A stretch of 63,322 nt of DNA, counting the filler, from Rhabdomonas costata (Eukaryota), in NCBI GenBank assembly GCA_019059605.1. It is 53 parts of 53 records of this genome, joined end to end, with 100 filler letters (N's around TTAATTAATTAA, not from the genome) between each part and the next. Parts side by side here need not be neighbours in the genome. Positions count along the whole stretch, not along the records: positions 34,718 to 35,815 come from JAHMHO010028829.1; positions 35,916 to 37,011 come from JAHMHO010028830.1; positions 37,112 to 38,207 come from JAHMHO010028831.1; positions 38,308 to 39,403 come from JAHMHO010028832.1; positions 39,504 to 40,599 come from JAHMHO010028833.1; positions 40,700 to 41,795 come from JAHMHO010028834.1; positions 41,896 to 42,991 come from JAHMHO010028835.1; positions 43,092 to 44,187 come from JAHMHO010028836.1; 45 more parts are not named here. One strand, 5' to 3'. The notes beneath the pieces were generated by a model. The model searched no databases, was not told where the DNA came from, and saw nothing but the letters and a program-made list of their open reading frames with translations. This document shows positions 34,726 to 47,181 of this stretch, in pieces; the first letter of the stretch is position 1; the number at the start of each line of letters is the position of its first letter. The position numbers and the translations under genes are program-made.

Positions 34726-34928
34726 GGAAAAGTTGTATTTGTGATGGTTTTTGTGTGTGTGTTTGGCTATGGTTTGGATTTTGTGTTTCGTTTTCGCCAG
34801 ACCACAGCCGAGACTGAGGGGGGGAGGGGGAAGCCATCACAATAGGCCTTATCTTGCAGAAAACGAAACACAAAATCCAAACCATAGCCAAACACACACA
34901 CAAAAACCATCACAAATACAACTTTTCC
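34726..34928. repeat. Inverted repeat at contig start (70-bp perfect arms 34726-34795 / 34859-34928)
   Basis: GGAAAAGTTGTATTTGTGATGG...TGTTTCGTTTTC and reverse complement. Confidence 0.97.
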
Positions 34929-34940
34929 AGCCAAACCAAC

Positions 34941-35045
34941 CTGTAGTCTCGTCCGTCCCCCTGGCAGTGCTGCTCAGTGAGGGTCTTCTTGGTCACGTCG
35001 TAATGCAGGACATTTTTCAGGTATCCAAACGGGATCTTGTGCCGG
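34941..35045 (-). CDS. Internal exon of hypothetical protein
   Basis: CACAG|RHKIPFGYLKNVLHYDVTKKTLTEQHCQGDGRDY|GTTGGT. Confidence 0.45.
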
Positions 35046-35446
35046 CTGTGTCCAAAGAGTGAACCGAAAACCCAGCCTAACCCAACCAACTTTTCTCTAA
35101 ATGAAAAGACATGGAATCCTGAAAGGGAGATACCTGAATCCTTGGGATGGTCTTGGAGGGGATTCAGCACGCTCGTCACAACGTTCTTCCGCGAGTAAGA
35201 CTATTAAAAACAAAAGGTTGAACTTCATTCTCTCGTAAATCCTGCTTTCAGCGAGCAGGCAGAGTTTGACGGACTGGTGCGAGAAGACAGGGCGGGGAAA
35301 TATCAACTCCAGTGGCAAGCTGACAACAGCGGCAACCAATAAATTCTTCCTTCGATGCAAAAAAAAATGGCCCAATGCTCACCGGCTAAAGTTAAGCATT
35401 GTGGGAAAACTCACCTGACGTTGAATGATACTGGCTTCGACTTTTC

Positions 35447-35478
<32 letters not shown>

Positions 35479-36166
35479 TCCCTCGGTCGGCCTTCACGCC
35501 TCCCCTGCGTTGTGGGCAGCATAACCTACACTTGAAATAGGTCAAACTTTTGCAGAAGAGAGGGTAGAGCCCACTGGAAGCCGGCCCGAAGTCACAGAAG
35601 GCATGCGACATGTCCACGCCGGCAACTCAAGAGAAGCAGCAAACAAAGCTGTGGGGAGAATCTCAACTCACCAGAAGAACTGCCCGCGAACGATTGGTCC
35701 ACTTTGCGGTAGTACCGGTTGGGCGATCTGGGGAACTTATGGCAGGCGCTGGATCGCCACCGCCTCAGCGCTGTCTTGGCCCGTGCCGTGTCCCCTCGGG
35801 CTCCAACACCACAACNNNNNNNNNNNNNNNNNNNNNNNNNNNNNNNNNNNNNNNNNNNNTTAATTAATTAANNNNNNNNNNNNNNNNNNNNNNNNNNNNN
35901 NNNNNNNNNNNNNNNGGGTGTGGTTGTCAATGAGTGAGGTGATTGGTAGGACTACCTTGTGGTAACAACGGTGGCAGATTCTCTGGAAAGAGATATTTGT
36001 ATTCCTCAATGAGCCTGAGCAACTGTGGTGGAATTGGAGCTGTCTGAACTGGATGGCCACAGGTATGGATCAATATTCTTGATCAGCTCCTGAACGTATT
36101 TGCGCTCAGACAACTTCTTCCGCTTCCCATCTTTTTTCAGTGTAGGCTGCAAGCAGCGCACGCCTG

Positions 36167-36252
36167 TCACAATCGGAATGTTCCACCTCTTACAGACTGT
36201 GGAGGCCAGACATGTGGAAGAGCGGCTCCTCCATTGATCATGGCGATTACCG
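36167..36252 (-). pseudogene. Retropepsin-like aspartic protease remnant
   Basis: VIAMINGGAA, then after one frameshift SSTCLASTVCKRWNIPIV. Resembles ALIDSGAxxxxIxxxxxxRLxLP with Asp replaced by Asn. Confidence 0.45.
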
Positions 36253-36520
36253 CAGGTGGTTTGTGTGATTGCTGAGGAAGAAGAGGCGTAACAGCCGCCT
36301 TGCACTCCAGAAAGTTTAGCTGATATCTCGACTGTGGAAACACAAAATTGTTTGAAATGGTAATGGCTGTGATATATAAGGAAAGCACTTTACAATTCAA
36401 AAGCGGCCTAAATGGAATATGCCGCATGCCGTACGTCAAACTGCCATGTACCGTAGTGGTCTATCACTTCTTGGTTGGATGCTCTGAAACACCAGGAGCG
36501 GTCTTGGTTTACTACTTACT

Positions 36521-36899
36521 ACAGAGGATCCTAACCCTTTACCTTGCATATTCCGCGTTGTTCCACAACGCGCACGGGGGGTGTCGCAACGTACTCCAAC
36601 ATAAATTGATCCACATAAATACCCTTCTTGACTCTGTAGTCTCTTTTTTCGTGGTTTAGTAGCCCTCGGTAGTCGTGATCAATTACTCGCACTCCAACAG
36701 AGATGTGGTGCTTCCAGGAAAACCCACTGCGCGTGGCAATGCGTCCGCCAATGTCGGTATGTATGGCAAAGGCCAAATCTGTTGGAATTAGCGCATTGTC
36801 TCCAGCTGCAATGACCACATCTGCTGCACTGTCCATGTCAAAACCTGCGGCAAGGGGAATGCAAAAAAGGCTTTCTGCTGAGGCATTTCACCAGCAGAG
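36521..36899 (-). pseudogene. dut: Trimeric-type dUTPase, decayed
   Basis: AAGFDMDSA, LIPTDLAFAI, GRIATRSGFSWKH, VIDHDYRG. Deletion after motif 3; frameshifted motif 5 (AR / KGLGSS) and N-terminus (LLVK). No introns. Confidence 0.85.
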
Positions 36900-37783
36900 G
36901 TTCCACCACAAGGTCCTCCGCAGACCAGGTCTCTCTGAATCGGCAGGCTGCTGCGTGGACTCACTGGTGACACTCCGCATGTCTCCTGTCATGGCACTCT
37001 ACAGACCTCTGNNNNNNNNNNNNNNNNNNNNNNNNNNNNNNNNNNNNNNNNNNNNTTAATTAATTAANNNNNNNNNNNNNNNNNNNNNNNNNNNNNNNNN
37101 NNNNNNNNNNNCGGGGATGTCGGTGGGGGAGGAAGAGCACGGAGCCGGGCTGCGGCCACGGGGACTGGTGTGGCTTGCCAGGGTGTACGTGTTGATGGCG
37201 AAACTTCTGGAGGGGGTACCCTCTTCGCAGGCCGCGGAGTACATCGCGCAGTGGTGCGGCTGTAACTCCCCGCTCTCTTCTCTTCCACCTATCACCTATG
37301 TCCATCTGGGTGCCCACTGATCACTTTGGATGGGTGCGGCAGGTCATGGTTAGAAAACTCCACATCAGAAGCTACAGGACTTTCGAGGCTTGAAACCTCG
37401 GGGGTTCCTCGGAGCGTTGGAGGGGTTGCGGATGATAACAAAATGGCTTCTGTAAAACGCATCTTTCCTCTGAGTCATGGGCGTCACCAGCCATCCCAAA
37501 ACTTGCTTAGAGGACCGGAGCCACAGGCCAACCGGTCGCGTGGAGAGTGGGACGTTGCCTTTGCTTTAATGCCGAGGAATACAATTGGCTTGGTCCCATA
37601 ACATAACATAAGGGCAAGGGCCTTACCCTCAAGCCAAGCAAGGCAGCCCTCATATAAGCAAATGAAAGAGAGGGCGGTGCACCGGATACCCACCTCAAAG
37701 TGACGGTTTCCGTAGCGCCTCCGCTGAGCCACAGCGTAGTTCAAGAAGACTTTTTCTCTTCCTGTGATTGCCATTTTTTCTCA

Positions 37784-37974
37784 GGTCAGGACTGAAGCTA
37801 TTGCCGACTGTGGAAGGGTCTTATGTGGCGGCGCGCTCGCGGGCCGTGTATGCGCATGACGGCGAGCCCGGACTGTCGTGGGCGGAGCGGGCGACCTACC
37901 ACTGCCTGGGCATGGCCTTTGTGGACCCCAGGCTGGCCGCAGCCGTCCAGGAGGACCCCGTAGAGTCCGTCCTG
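37784..37974 (+). CDS. Internal exon of hypothetical protein
   Basis: GC3-rich, bounded by TCTCAG| and |GTGAGC; LKLLPTVEGSYVAARSRAVYAHDG...ESVL. Confidence 0.5.
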
Positions 37975-39288
37975 GTGAGCTCTATGGTGTGTATTACACT
38001 TCCCCGCAGCATGCGTTTTTATCACCAATCCGAACGTAATGTACGTTGCTTTGGCAATTCCATGGACAGCGTCGGAATGTACTTCGCAGGTTGGCAAGCG
38101 GAGAGTCTCATTGATGTGGTTTTGGAGGCGTATTAAATTGACTTCCGTATTAAAATCACTACCGGGGGGTAGCGTGATTTTGGTGGAAGTCTCAAACCCC
38201 CCCACCCNNNNNNNNNNNNNNNNNNNNNNNNNNNNNNNNNNNNNNNNNNNNTTAATTAATTAANNNNNNNNNNNNNNNNNNNNNNNNNNNNNNNNNNNNN
38301 NNNNNNNTGTGGTGTTTGATTGTCCAGATGGCCACAGAAGACGTCAGATGGGGACAGAAGGCGATATAGCTGGCGGAGCGTCGGATGGCCTTTCGGCAGA
38401 CAATCATTTGCCCTAGGTTTTGCCATTGCCCCGGTCTGGAGCAACGTGCCCGTTTGAATAAGTCAAGATGAGATCTTGGAGGTTTGTCGCAGCAAAGCTG
38501 AAACTGGAGGGTGGCAGGTGGTGAACCACGGCTGCAAACTCTGCATTTCTGAAATGGTGTCATCTGTCGTGCAAAGTGACGCAAATGTCTTGGCCGGAAA
38601 CAAGATAGAAATTGTGGTGTCCCTTCCTTTCTACTGGAGGACACACGCTCTCTCTCCCTTTCTCCCTTTCTTTCTCTCTCTCCCGCAGGATGGTCGTCAT
38701 CGGGGATGAAGTGTTGAAGGTTTGCAAAATCCCCACGTTTCCCGAAAGTAACTTTGATTTCTGGGTCCTTATTTTCAGCTTGCTCAGCAATGGTCTCTCT
38801 TTTTTTCGCGTCCGCCAAATCGTAACGTTGCCGAACGAAGAGAAGAAAATCGGACTCCGAAGACATCCCCTGTCCACTAGCCGACCGGACCTGAATACCG
38901 ACACTTTCCGGCTATGAAGTTAACCATCTGACACCGCCACCACCTCTCCATGAACCATCTGACGCCGCCAACGGCCAACCGCTAACCGCTAACCGCTGCC
39001 TTCGAAAACGCCTTCCCATTCAAAAAACACTCTCTCGCTTCACGAATGGAATGAGCTGGGCACCTGGGCAAATGCCAACATGAGGTCCTCCAATTGGAAG
39101 CTGGCAGAAGCCTCCCCCCAGAACACGCCGGACGCTTGGGGGTCGTCTTAGGTATACACTAAAAGACATTATGTCTCCCACTGAATTGTGGGCACCACAG
39201 ACTGCCGGATGAGATGTGCCCTCTTCTTCAGCGATTTTCCAACTTCTCATCTTTGCGCGCCTGTTGGTTGTGGTGAAGATTTCACGCT

Positions 39289-39399
39289 GTTTGTTGTCGT
39301 GTATTTTTGAATTGATTTTCCACACGAGGGAAAGGAAACGAGGAGAAAAAGAGAGGAGGAAGGTGAGGAAAATCAATTCAAAAATACACGACAACAAAC
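39289..39399. repeat. Inverted repeat at contig end (33-bp arms 39289-39321 / 39367-39399)
   Basis: GTTTGTTGTCGTGTATTTTTGAATTGATTTTCC and reverse complement. Confidence 0.97.
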
Positions 39400-40708
39400 C
39401 AACNNNNNNNNNNNNNNNNNNNNNNNNNNNNNNNNNNNNNNNNNNNNTTAATTAATTAANNNNNNNNNNNNNNNNNNNNNNNNNNNNNNNNNNNNNNNNN
39501 NNNGGTTGGAGACAAGGTGAGGTTGCAGAGTGTGAGCCACAAGCGTGAGGACGTGGGCGCGTGGCTGAGTACCGTACTTAACACTAACCTTGGTTTCCAG
39601 TTTGACCAAGTTTGACTTCCGGACTCACATTTCCACCTGGGGACTTGCACTCCTACCAGCTCTCCCTGCAACAAATGCGGACACTCGTGTTCGGACCACT
39701 TGGTTTCGTGCCCGAAGGGGGGTGCGTGGAAGCGGCACAACAGTTTTTGCGCTGCCCTTGCGGCCACAGCCGAAAACACAGGACTCCTGGTGAATATCGA
39801 GGTTGAAGTGCAGCGCCCAGAAAGACCGGCTGATCTCTTAACAGGGCCGGTACAACCTTGGTACTATTTCGTCTTGAGAATTGTTTTTGGAAGATTTTCT
39901 TTTTCAAGCAAGACAAGCACGGCACTGCGCCACAGTTCAGTGGTGACTGATGCTACACCAAGATTTCTATAAAAAATTGGCCAATAGTTTTGTTTCGTTT
40001 TTGTCAACTCTTTCGTTTTTCGTTTGGTTTTTGGACTCCCTTTTGGTGCCGAAAAGTTCCTTTCTTAGCAGCGGATTAGGCTGTCAGCTAGGGTCCAGCG
40101 TTGTTCTGGTGTAATTTACATCCATATTTAGTGATACACGGTTCGCGCGGTTTTCAACCAAAACTCTCTGATGCAAGGGACGCTCACATCTGTATATATG
40201 ATCCTGTTCCAAAATAAGAAAATAGCAAGAAAGTCATCAAACTTATTTCCGAGAACACTGAGAAAAAGACGCGAAAACCGCCAAACTACAAAACTTGCAG
40301 CCACCCACTCGCTGCGGGCATTCAACCCAAATTAAGCAGAATGCGAAATACTCAGAACCGTGAACGAGAAACACCTCAAAATCACAGGAAATTTATTAAC
40401 AAAACACCTTCCAAAAAACCCGCAACTCTCTCCAAAGCTTGCAACGGAAAATACCGTTACCGGTAATTTCACCAGTGGCCGACCTTTTCTGAACATTATC
40501 CTGAAGTTAAACTCCTAAAGACACACCCCCTTTGGGTCCCTACTTCTGGGGTTCCAAAGGAAGTCCAGAAAAGCAAACAACATTGACATCAAACCACCCN
40601 NNNNNNNNNNNNNNNNNNNNNNNNNNNNNNNNNNNNNNNNNNNTTAATTAATTAANNNNNNNNNNNNNNNNNNNNNNNNNNNNNNNNNNNNNNNNNNNNT
40701 TTTGTTTG

Positions 40709-40804
40709 TGCGTCACTCTGAGTGTGCTGCTGTGTGCCGATGGTTACCAATTTAAAGGACAAACGCTTACCATCGGCACACAGCAGCACACTCAGAGTGA
40801 CGCA
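40709..40804. repeat. Inverted repeat at contig start (36-bp arms 40709-40744 / 40769-40804)
   Basis: TGCGTCACTCTGAGTGTGCTGCTGTGTGCCGATGGT and reverse complement. Confidence 0.97.
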
Positions 40805-41224
40805 TAAAGAAAAGCGAGCAAAAAGCAAAACAGGGAGGGGCACTTGCACTGCTGCCTCCAAAACACGACGCTCATCTCTCCGCTCACCGATACAAAGAGC
40901 CCCACCAGTTAAACAGGGGCATACACATAGCAGATATTCTGACAGCTCAGTCTGTGGACAGCCAGTGCTCAGCAACGGAGCACAACTCCTGGGGTAACAC
41001 GCGCAGATTAAGAAAAAAAGGTGTTTTCTGTGTGTGTACGTTTCTGGTGGATGAGCCAAAGCTTTGTGTACAACGGGAGTATACAACCAGTGGGCACATT
41101 CGCCGCAAGGGCAACATCTACCGGCTCAGTACGCAGTTCTCAAATGTTTGCCTCCCTCCAGCCATCCCCATCACCGCTTCCCGACCGCATTCTAACCCGC
41201 CCCTTCTGTGTCTGAAAAGGCATC

Positions 41225-41410
41225 CACGGGAAACACTCGCCCTGCTAGCACTGTAACTGGACAGCGTCTCTTCGTCCCCACAAAACCATACTGAGAATTA
41301 TCCAAGCGCACAATTTTGGAAGCCCACCATCATTTTCCACACAGTTCTTCGGCACAGCAGCCCTGCCTTACAAATACGGTACACGGCAACTACTATCCGC
41401 AAGGCCCGGA
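41225..41410 (+). mobile_element. Possible tyrosine-recombinase remnant (DIRS/VIPER-like)
   Basis: ETLALLAL + frameshifted VTGQRLF, later YTATTIRK. Spacing is shorter than in intact recombinases. Confidence 0.25.
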
Positions 41411-42624
41411 GAGCAGGCGGGAGGCATCTTCATCCCCAGGGTTGTCCTCAAGATAGGCTCGTAAAAGAGCGGCCGCGGCTCGTGGGTCCCCACCCCTCAA
41501 CTTTTGGAAGGCGTCAATGTATCGAGTGAACTTGTTCAGCTTCTGCGCCCCTTCCAGCTCGTACATCCACTCCGCCGTTTCCTAGGAGCACAGTGAAGGA
41601 AATTGCGGAGTAAACAAAAAAGCACCACACGAGCTGTCGCAAAATCCCCCCAAAAGAAGATCACAGTGACCATGGATTTTTCCAGCCACAAGGCATCATC
41701 ATATACAGCCTTCCCCTCAAAGAAGGCACAATAATTCCTACAGCACCCCCCCCCCCACACACACACACAAGTCATTAGGCTCATCATTCTCCACANNNNN
41801 NNNNNNNNNNNNNNNNNNNNNNNNNNNNNNNNNNNNNNNTTAATTAATTAANNNNNNNNNNNNNNNNNNNNNNNNNNNNNNNNNNNNNNNNNNNNGGGTT
41901 GTGGGAGCGGCAAGTGTGCGGCCTCTTTTTCTGTGATGGTTGCTCTTGAAACGAGAACAAAAAGGCAGAAGAACGTCAGCGAAACACAGGCGGCAGCACT
42001 TTGTTCCGAAAGTTACCCTTTGACGCCAGCAGCGACCCGATCCTATCTTTTGAAGAGAGGGCTCTTCGGGACGGCCAGTGAGAGGCACAAAGTCAGTACC
42101 TGTGCAGAGAGCCCATCCACTGAAGAGGCAGCGGCTCGCGGCCCATGACAGCCTCCACGAGGATGCCTGGCAGGTCCCGTGGCACGCCTGCAAGCCCTTC
42201 GCAAAGCCCAGCGGAAGCTTTCTCTGCAGGGGCCATTTTTTCGCTGCTTCCAAGGTCTTGTTTCCTTATTTGACAGGCAAGCACCGAGCAGCGATGGAGA
42301 GAGGTAGAAACGATAGACAAACTAACGCACCCAAACAGACAGACCAAAGAAAAAGTAAAGGAGAGAGATGGCGTAGCAAGCCGAAAACACTGTGGGAAGA
42401 AGAGGGCCCCTACAGACACCCCCCCCTCCACACAACCGCACATCCTCGTGTTCCCACAAGTTCGCCTAAACCTCTCATTGCAAAACCGTACATAGCCGGA
42501 GTCCTCATACCGGGGGGGGGGGTGCACATAGCAGGAGAAAAAACTCTAACTTTTAGTAGAGGTAGAGGCTGAGCGGTCTCCCTGAATTTGAATCCACCCC
42601 CGACATTCGCACCACGAGGCGATA

Positions 42625-42700
42625 TGGGGAGTGCCGGAATTGAACCCGCGACTCTTGGCACCGGTACAACATACAAAGATTTCATAACCCCTTTGCCTCC
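42625..42700 (-). pseudogene. tRNA-derived fragment (T-arm/B-box + 3' acceptor strand); tRNA pseudogene or SINE head
   Basis: Minus strand GTCGCGGGTTCAATTCCGGCACTCCCCA. No complementary 5' acceptor strand or clear anticodon arm. Confidence 0.55.
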
Positions 42701-43868
42701 TGTCATAAGGCACATAACATTGGGATCGCCCAAACTCGCTAAGAGGCCAGGAATGGGCTCCCCCCCCCAATTTATTGTACAGCAGAAGAGTGTGACCTGT
42801 CACTGAACACCGGCTCACCGCACGCACAGGAGCATTTCTACATCATATAGCAAACACACGTGGCAGCTCTTTCCATCCAGTGCCATTCGGTGGAGCTTAC
42901 GCCACCCTATCGTCGATCAGTGGGCCGGTTCCCCACCCATGCAGCACCCACCTGCGTAGCAGTGCGGTAGGGCCACCGTCGTGGCGGGGCCNNNNNNNNN
43001 NNNNNNNNNNNNNNNNNNNNNNNNNNNNNNNNNNNTTAATTAATTAANNNNNNNNNNNNNNNNNNNNNNNNNNNNNNNNNNNNNNNNNNNNGGGTTTGTT
43101 GACCCCACGGGCCCTGTACGGACAGTCGCATCGCTTCCGGTTTTGGGGCCCAGTGCGTGCGCGCCAGCGCTTTTGAGTGTCTGGATTTCGCCCGTGGCGG
43201 CCCTTCCCCCTGAGAGTTCGGATATGAGGGTAGCCAGGCCTTCATTCTTTTCCCTCCCCCGCCCTCCACTGAGGATCTGGATTTAGTGCGTGTTCCTCGT
43301 TTTATTACCTACCCTGCTGTGGTGGTCCATTTAAAACAAATGGAACACAGGATACATTCCCTCCCATTTTGAAATCTATGATTCGAGGTTTCCATCTTTT
43401 CGGGAGGTGGGGCAACAGGTCAACGCAGGCGGCAAGTCACCTGGCACTTAAGCGCGACCAAACTTTCTGTCCTGGAGTTCCCTCCCAGGGATGCCAGCGA
43501 ACCCACGGGTGCGGAAAACCAATTCCCGGCCGGGGTCCATCGATACAACAGGTCCAAAGGGGGTGTTGCAAGGACCAGTGGGCGGTTGGGGGGAGTGATG
43601 ATGCTGTCTTAAAGAACACATCAGCTGATTTGATTTTCGGGGGACGTTGGATTCTTCGGAGAGGGGTCTGGGAAATTCTACGGGTATTGCATTCGACATG
43701 TAAAGGCGGCAGTGGTGGCATGCGTGACACCATCCAAAAGATGAAGTGTTCCTCTTCAGCATCTGCAGTGTGAAACAACCAAATGAAAGAGAAGAACTGC
43801 CTGGATGACCTCTTACGGGAAGTCGCAGTGAAAAGGTTGAGCGAGCGAGTGTCCGAGACAGCACGCAC

Positions 43869-43970
43869 CAGGATATCGTTAATAAGGGAAAGCATGGAAT
43901 CCCCATTCGAGATCACCGCGTCGACGCACTCCATCTGCCTCAGGTCCAGTGAGGTGGTATCCCGTAGCAC
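43869..43970 (-). CDS. Hybrid sensor histidine kinase, HisKA second-helix exon
   Basis: GTCCAG|VLRDTTSLDLRQMECVDAVISNGDSMLSLINDIL|GTGCGT. Confidence 0.85.
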
Positions 43971-46679
43971 CTGGACAAGACAGCATGACACACGGGCAAA
44001 CCACTGCCCCTAACAACATCCCCCCCCCCTTATCAAAAACAGCACGACGAATTTCAACTTGAAAACACAGTAACCTCGGTTCTTTCTTTATTTCTCCAAA
44101 AAGTTTTTGTTCTAAGCACACAGCCTAACACCAATTCCTCCAGTACAAAATACTACCCAAATCGCGAAGCAAAGACCCCCACCCCCCNNNNNNNNNNNNN
44201 NNNNNNNNNNNNNNNNNNNNNNNNNNNNNNNTTAATTAATTAANNNNNNNNNNNNNNNNNNNNNNNNNNNNNNNNNNNNNNNNNNNNGGTTGGTGGGGTT
44301 CGAGTTAATCCATTTTTTGATGACCCATTATTCTTAAAATCAAAAAAATTCGGCCCTTGATCCATTATTAATACCTTTACGGTACTATCTTTACAGTTGC
44401 GCTGGATAAACCAGTGACATGCGCGGGGCTCTCGACTTTGGGAACTCGCATCCGTTGGGGTGTCTACCAATGAAGACTCTTGGATTACATTGTCTTTTTC
44501 GGGCAGGAGGAGGGCCCTTTTTTGGAACCAAGGAAGGCAGCCTCCACAGCCACGTAATTAGAATCAAGGAACTGGTCGGGCCGCAGAGAGGTGAAGTGGG
44601 TGTTGTAGAGTGCGCCCTGTGTGCGAGAGAGGAGAGATGAGTGAGACAAACCTAAACAGCAGTCAGAGTCACTGCAGCTCAGCGAGCTGCAGATTGTACT
44701 CAAGCTTTTCGGGGAGTAGTCCTCAGGGCAACTGTGATCACTGGAACCGCACGTGGGGTGCTCTGCGTTTTTAAAAGCGAATCAAATATCACTGACACCC
44801 GTTCACACAACAGCAAAGGACAGACTCATCAGACCATCGGTCTGTAGTAGACTGGCCATCTCCCTTGAGCTTCGTCCACGAGCAAAACTGGGCAAACCAA
44901 CGAAGATAATTCCAGGGAGATTAAGGGAACCTCGGAATCAGAGCCCACAAGATGAAAACATTGCAATGGAATACAAACGGAGATGTCTGAAGCAAAAATA
45001 GAAAATAAAGACTATCGATGGAAACTTGCACGAGAGAATTTGCAATTTGCTGTTGGATGCTCGGTGGTGATCCCAAAACATTTTCGGGGTCGGCAGCGAA
45101 TGGAGGAGCGACGAGTCTTGCTCCCGAATCATTCAGGCTGGTGCGGCTTCCTCTCAGTTATTGTCGAGCATAATTTCTTGCCCACCATGGTGATGAAAAA
45201 GCACAACCACCACCCCATCAACCGCCAAGAAATCACAGACCACCAGACCAAGTGATTGAATTGAACAAAATCATGTGAATGTGTGATTTGGTGTTTTCAA
45301 CGTCTCTTCGTTGGCATATGACCGGGGCTTCCGATAGCAAAATCTATCGTCGAAGTGTGGGGCTCGTGGCGGTCCCCACAAGCNNNNNNNNNNNNNNNNN
45401 NNNNNNNNNNNNNNNNNNNNNNNNNNNTTAATTAATTAANNNNNNNNNNNNNNNNNNNNNNNNNNNNNNNNNNNNNNNNNNNNGGTGTTGGGTAGCACTC
45501 CTGAGATGAGTTGGTGGGCCGCTTCCCGGCCTCGGAGTCCTTCACTACGCCGAGATATGGCCCTTTAGGGTCCCATTTTGGACCTTTTAAGGGCATTTTC
45601 GACTTAGAAAAACTTCCAGAGCCTGGGGTGCACTTTTCGGACCTTTGCAGGCCTGCATTTTGAGCCTAAGCTCGGCCGGACCTGCTTAGAATACCTAAAG
45701 CCCAGGAATACTTCTTGCTGGCACCAGTGGGCCGGAATGCTTAGAGGTTTAGAGCCACGCTAGAGGCCATTTAGGGGCCATTTTGGGGTATTTTTGAGCC
45801 CTTCGTGCTTTTACAAATGCTTGCAAGGGCCCTTTTTGGTCCTTTGCAGGCCTGCATACTGATAAGAGAAAGAACTGTAGGCTGGCACACCGTCCGCACA
45901 CCTGCGCGCCGGTGTGCCCGCAAGAATTTAAACTTTTGTTTTTGGTGTTGCACCCCGGAATCTGTTGAACTGATCCAATTGAGCTGTGAAACCCGAACTT
46001 TTTTGAGTCGGGGCTCTTCTTTTTTCTTTCTTCTCAAGCTCGCTTGGGTCGTCGCACCCCCGGTCCTTAATTACTGCGAGCTTGGACGAACCATGGTGAA
46101 CATAAGCACAAAAATGCAAGGGGGAAACCTGCCCATGGCGGTCTCTATGTCCGCTTGCAAACACTGCAAGAATGCACGAAACTACCGAACCCGAACCCGC
46201 CCTAGGCGGTCACTTTCTCCTTCGACGTTTTTGCCACGGTCACGGCTTTGAACTGTTGAGAGTGAATTGAAATGAATCACGGAAATCGGAACAGGGCATG
46301 CCCGCACAAACGAGTTGCCAATAGTACAAACGGGACGGCGCACTCCGCAAGCCAGTAAGTCAGGAAAAAGATATTTACATTGTTTGTATACTCAAAGTTC
46401 ACAAAACACCGGACAACAGTGTACAAACAGGTAAGGGCTGCGTTTTGGCCCCAAGTTACACGTTCGGACACCGCGCGTTCGCGAAACAGCGCTGGAACTC
46501 TGAGAAGACATGCGAAGGTTAGAAACAGGGGACAGACAACCGCCGGGATACTGAAGCCAGGCCCTCACCCAGCCGCATCNNNNNNNNNNNNNNNNNNNNN
46601 NNNNNNNNNNNNNNNNNNNNNNNTTAATTAATTAANNNNNNNNNNNNNNNNNNNNNNNNNNNNNNNNNNNNNNNNNNNN

Positions 46680-47181
46680 GGTAGAAATACAATTAAAGGA
46701 TCAGTGTTCGTTTGTAAGGCGAAGAGAAAAAGGTATGTGACGCTTCCTTGCTTTCCAGGACAACAAGGAAACAGTTTCATCTCCACTACAAGGGGGCCGG
46801 GACGTGTGCGTACGAGTGGGTGTCTAAGTAAGGTACAGAAAATCAAAACGAGTGTGGAGAGAGGCCCGAGAAAGGGCCATAAAACAATGGGCCGGTGGTG
46901 GGCGCTGGCACCTACAGAGCGAAAACCACTACAATTACATTGGGACCAGCGCCGAAGTGCGGCAAAACGAAAAAGCACATGCTGCGATTGCGAGTGCAAC
47001 CTGGCGTGCTCCACTATCACACATTTTCAAATGTAAAAAGCGGGTGGGAGGTAGAAATACAATTAAAGGATCAGTGTTCCTTTGCAAGGCGAAGAGAAAA
47101 AGGTATGTGACGCTTCCTTGCTTTCCGGGACAACAAGGAAACAGTTTCATCTCCACTGCAAGGGGGCTGGGACGCGTGCGT
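46680..47181 (+). repeat. Direct repeat, 132 bp (46680-46811 and 47050-47181), period 370 bp
   Basis: Two copies with 6 substitutions counted by eye. The first copy is cut by the contig start. Confidence 0.95.
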
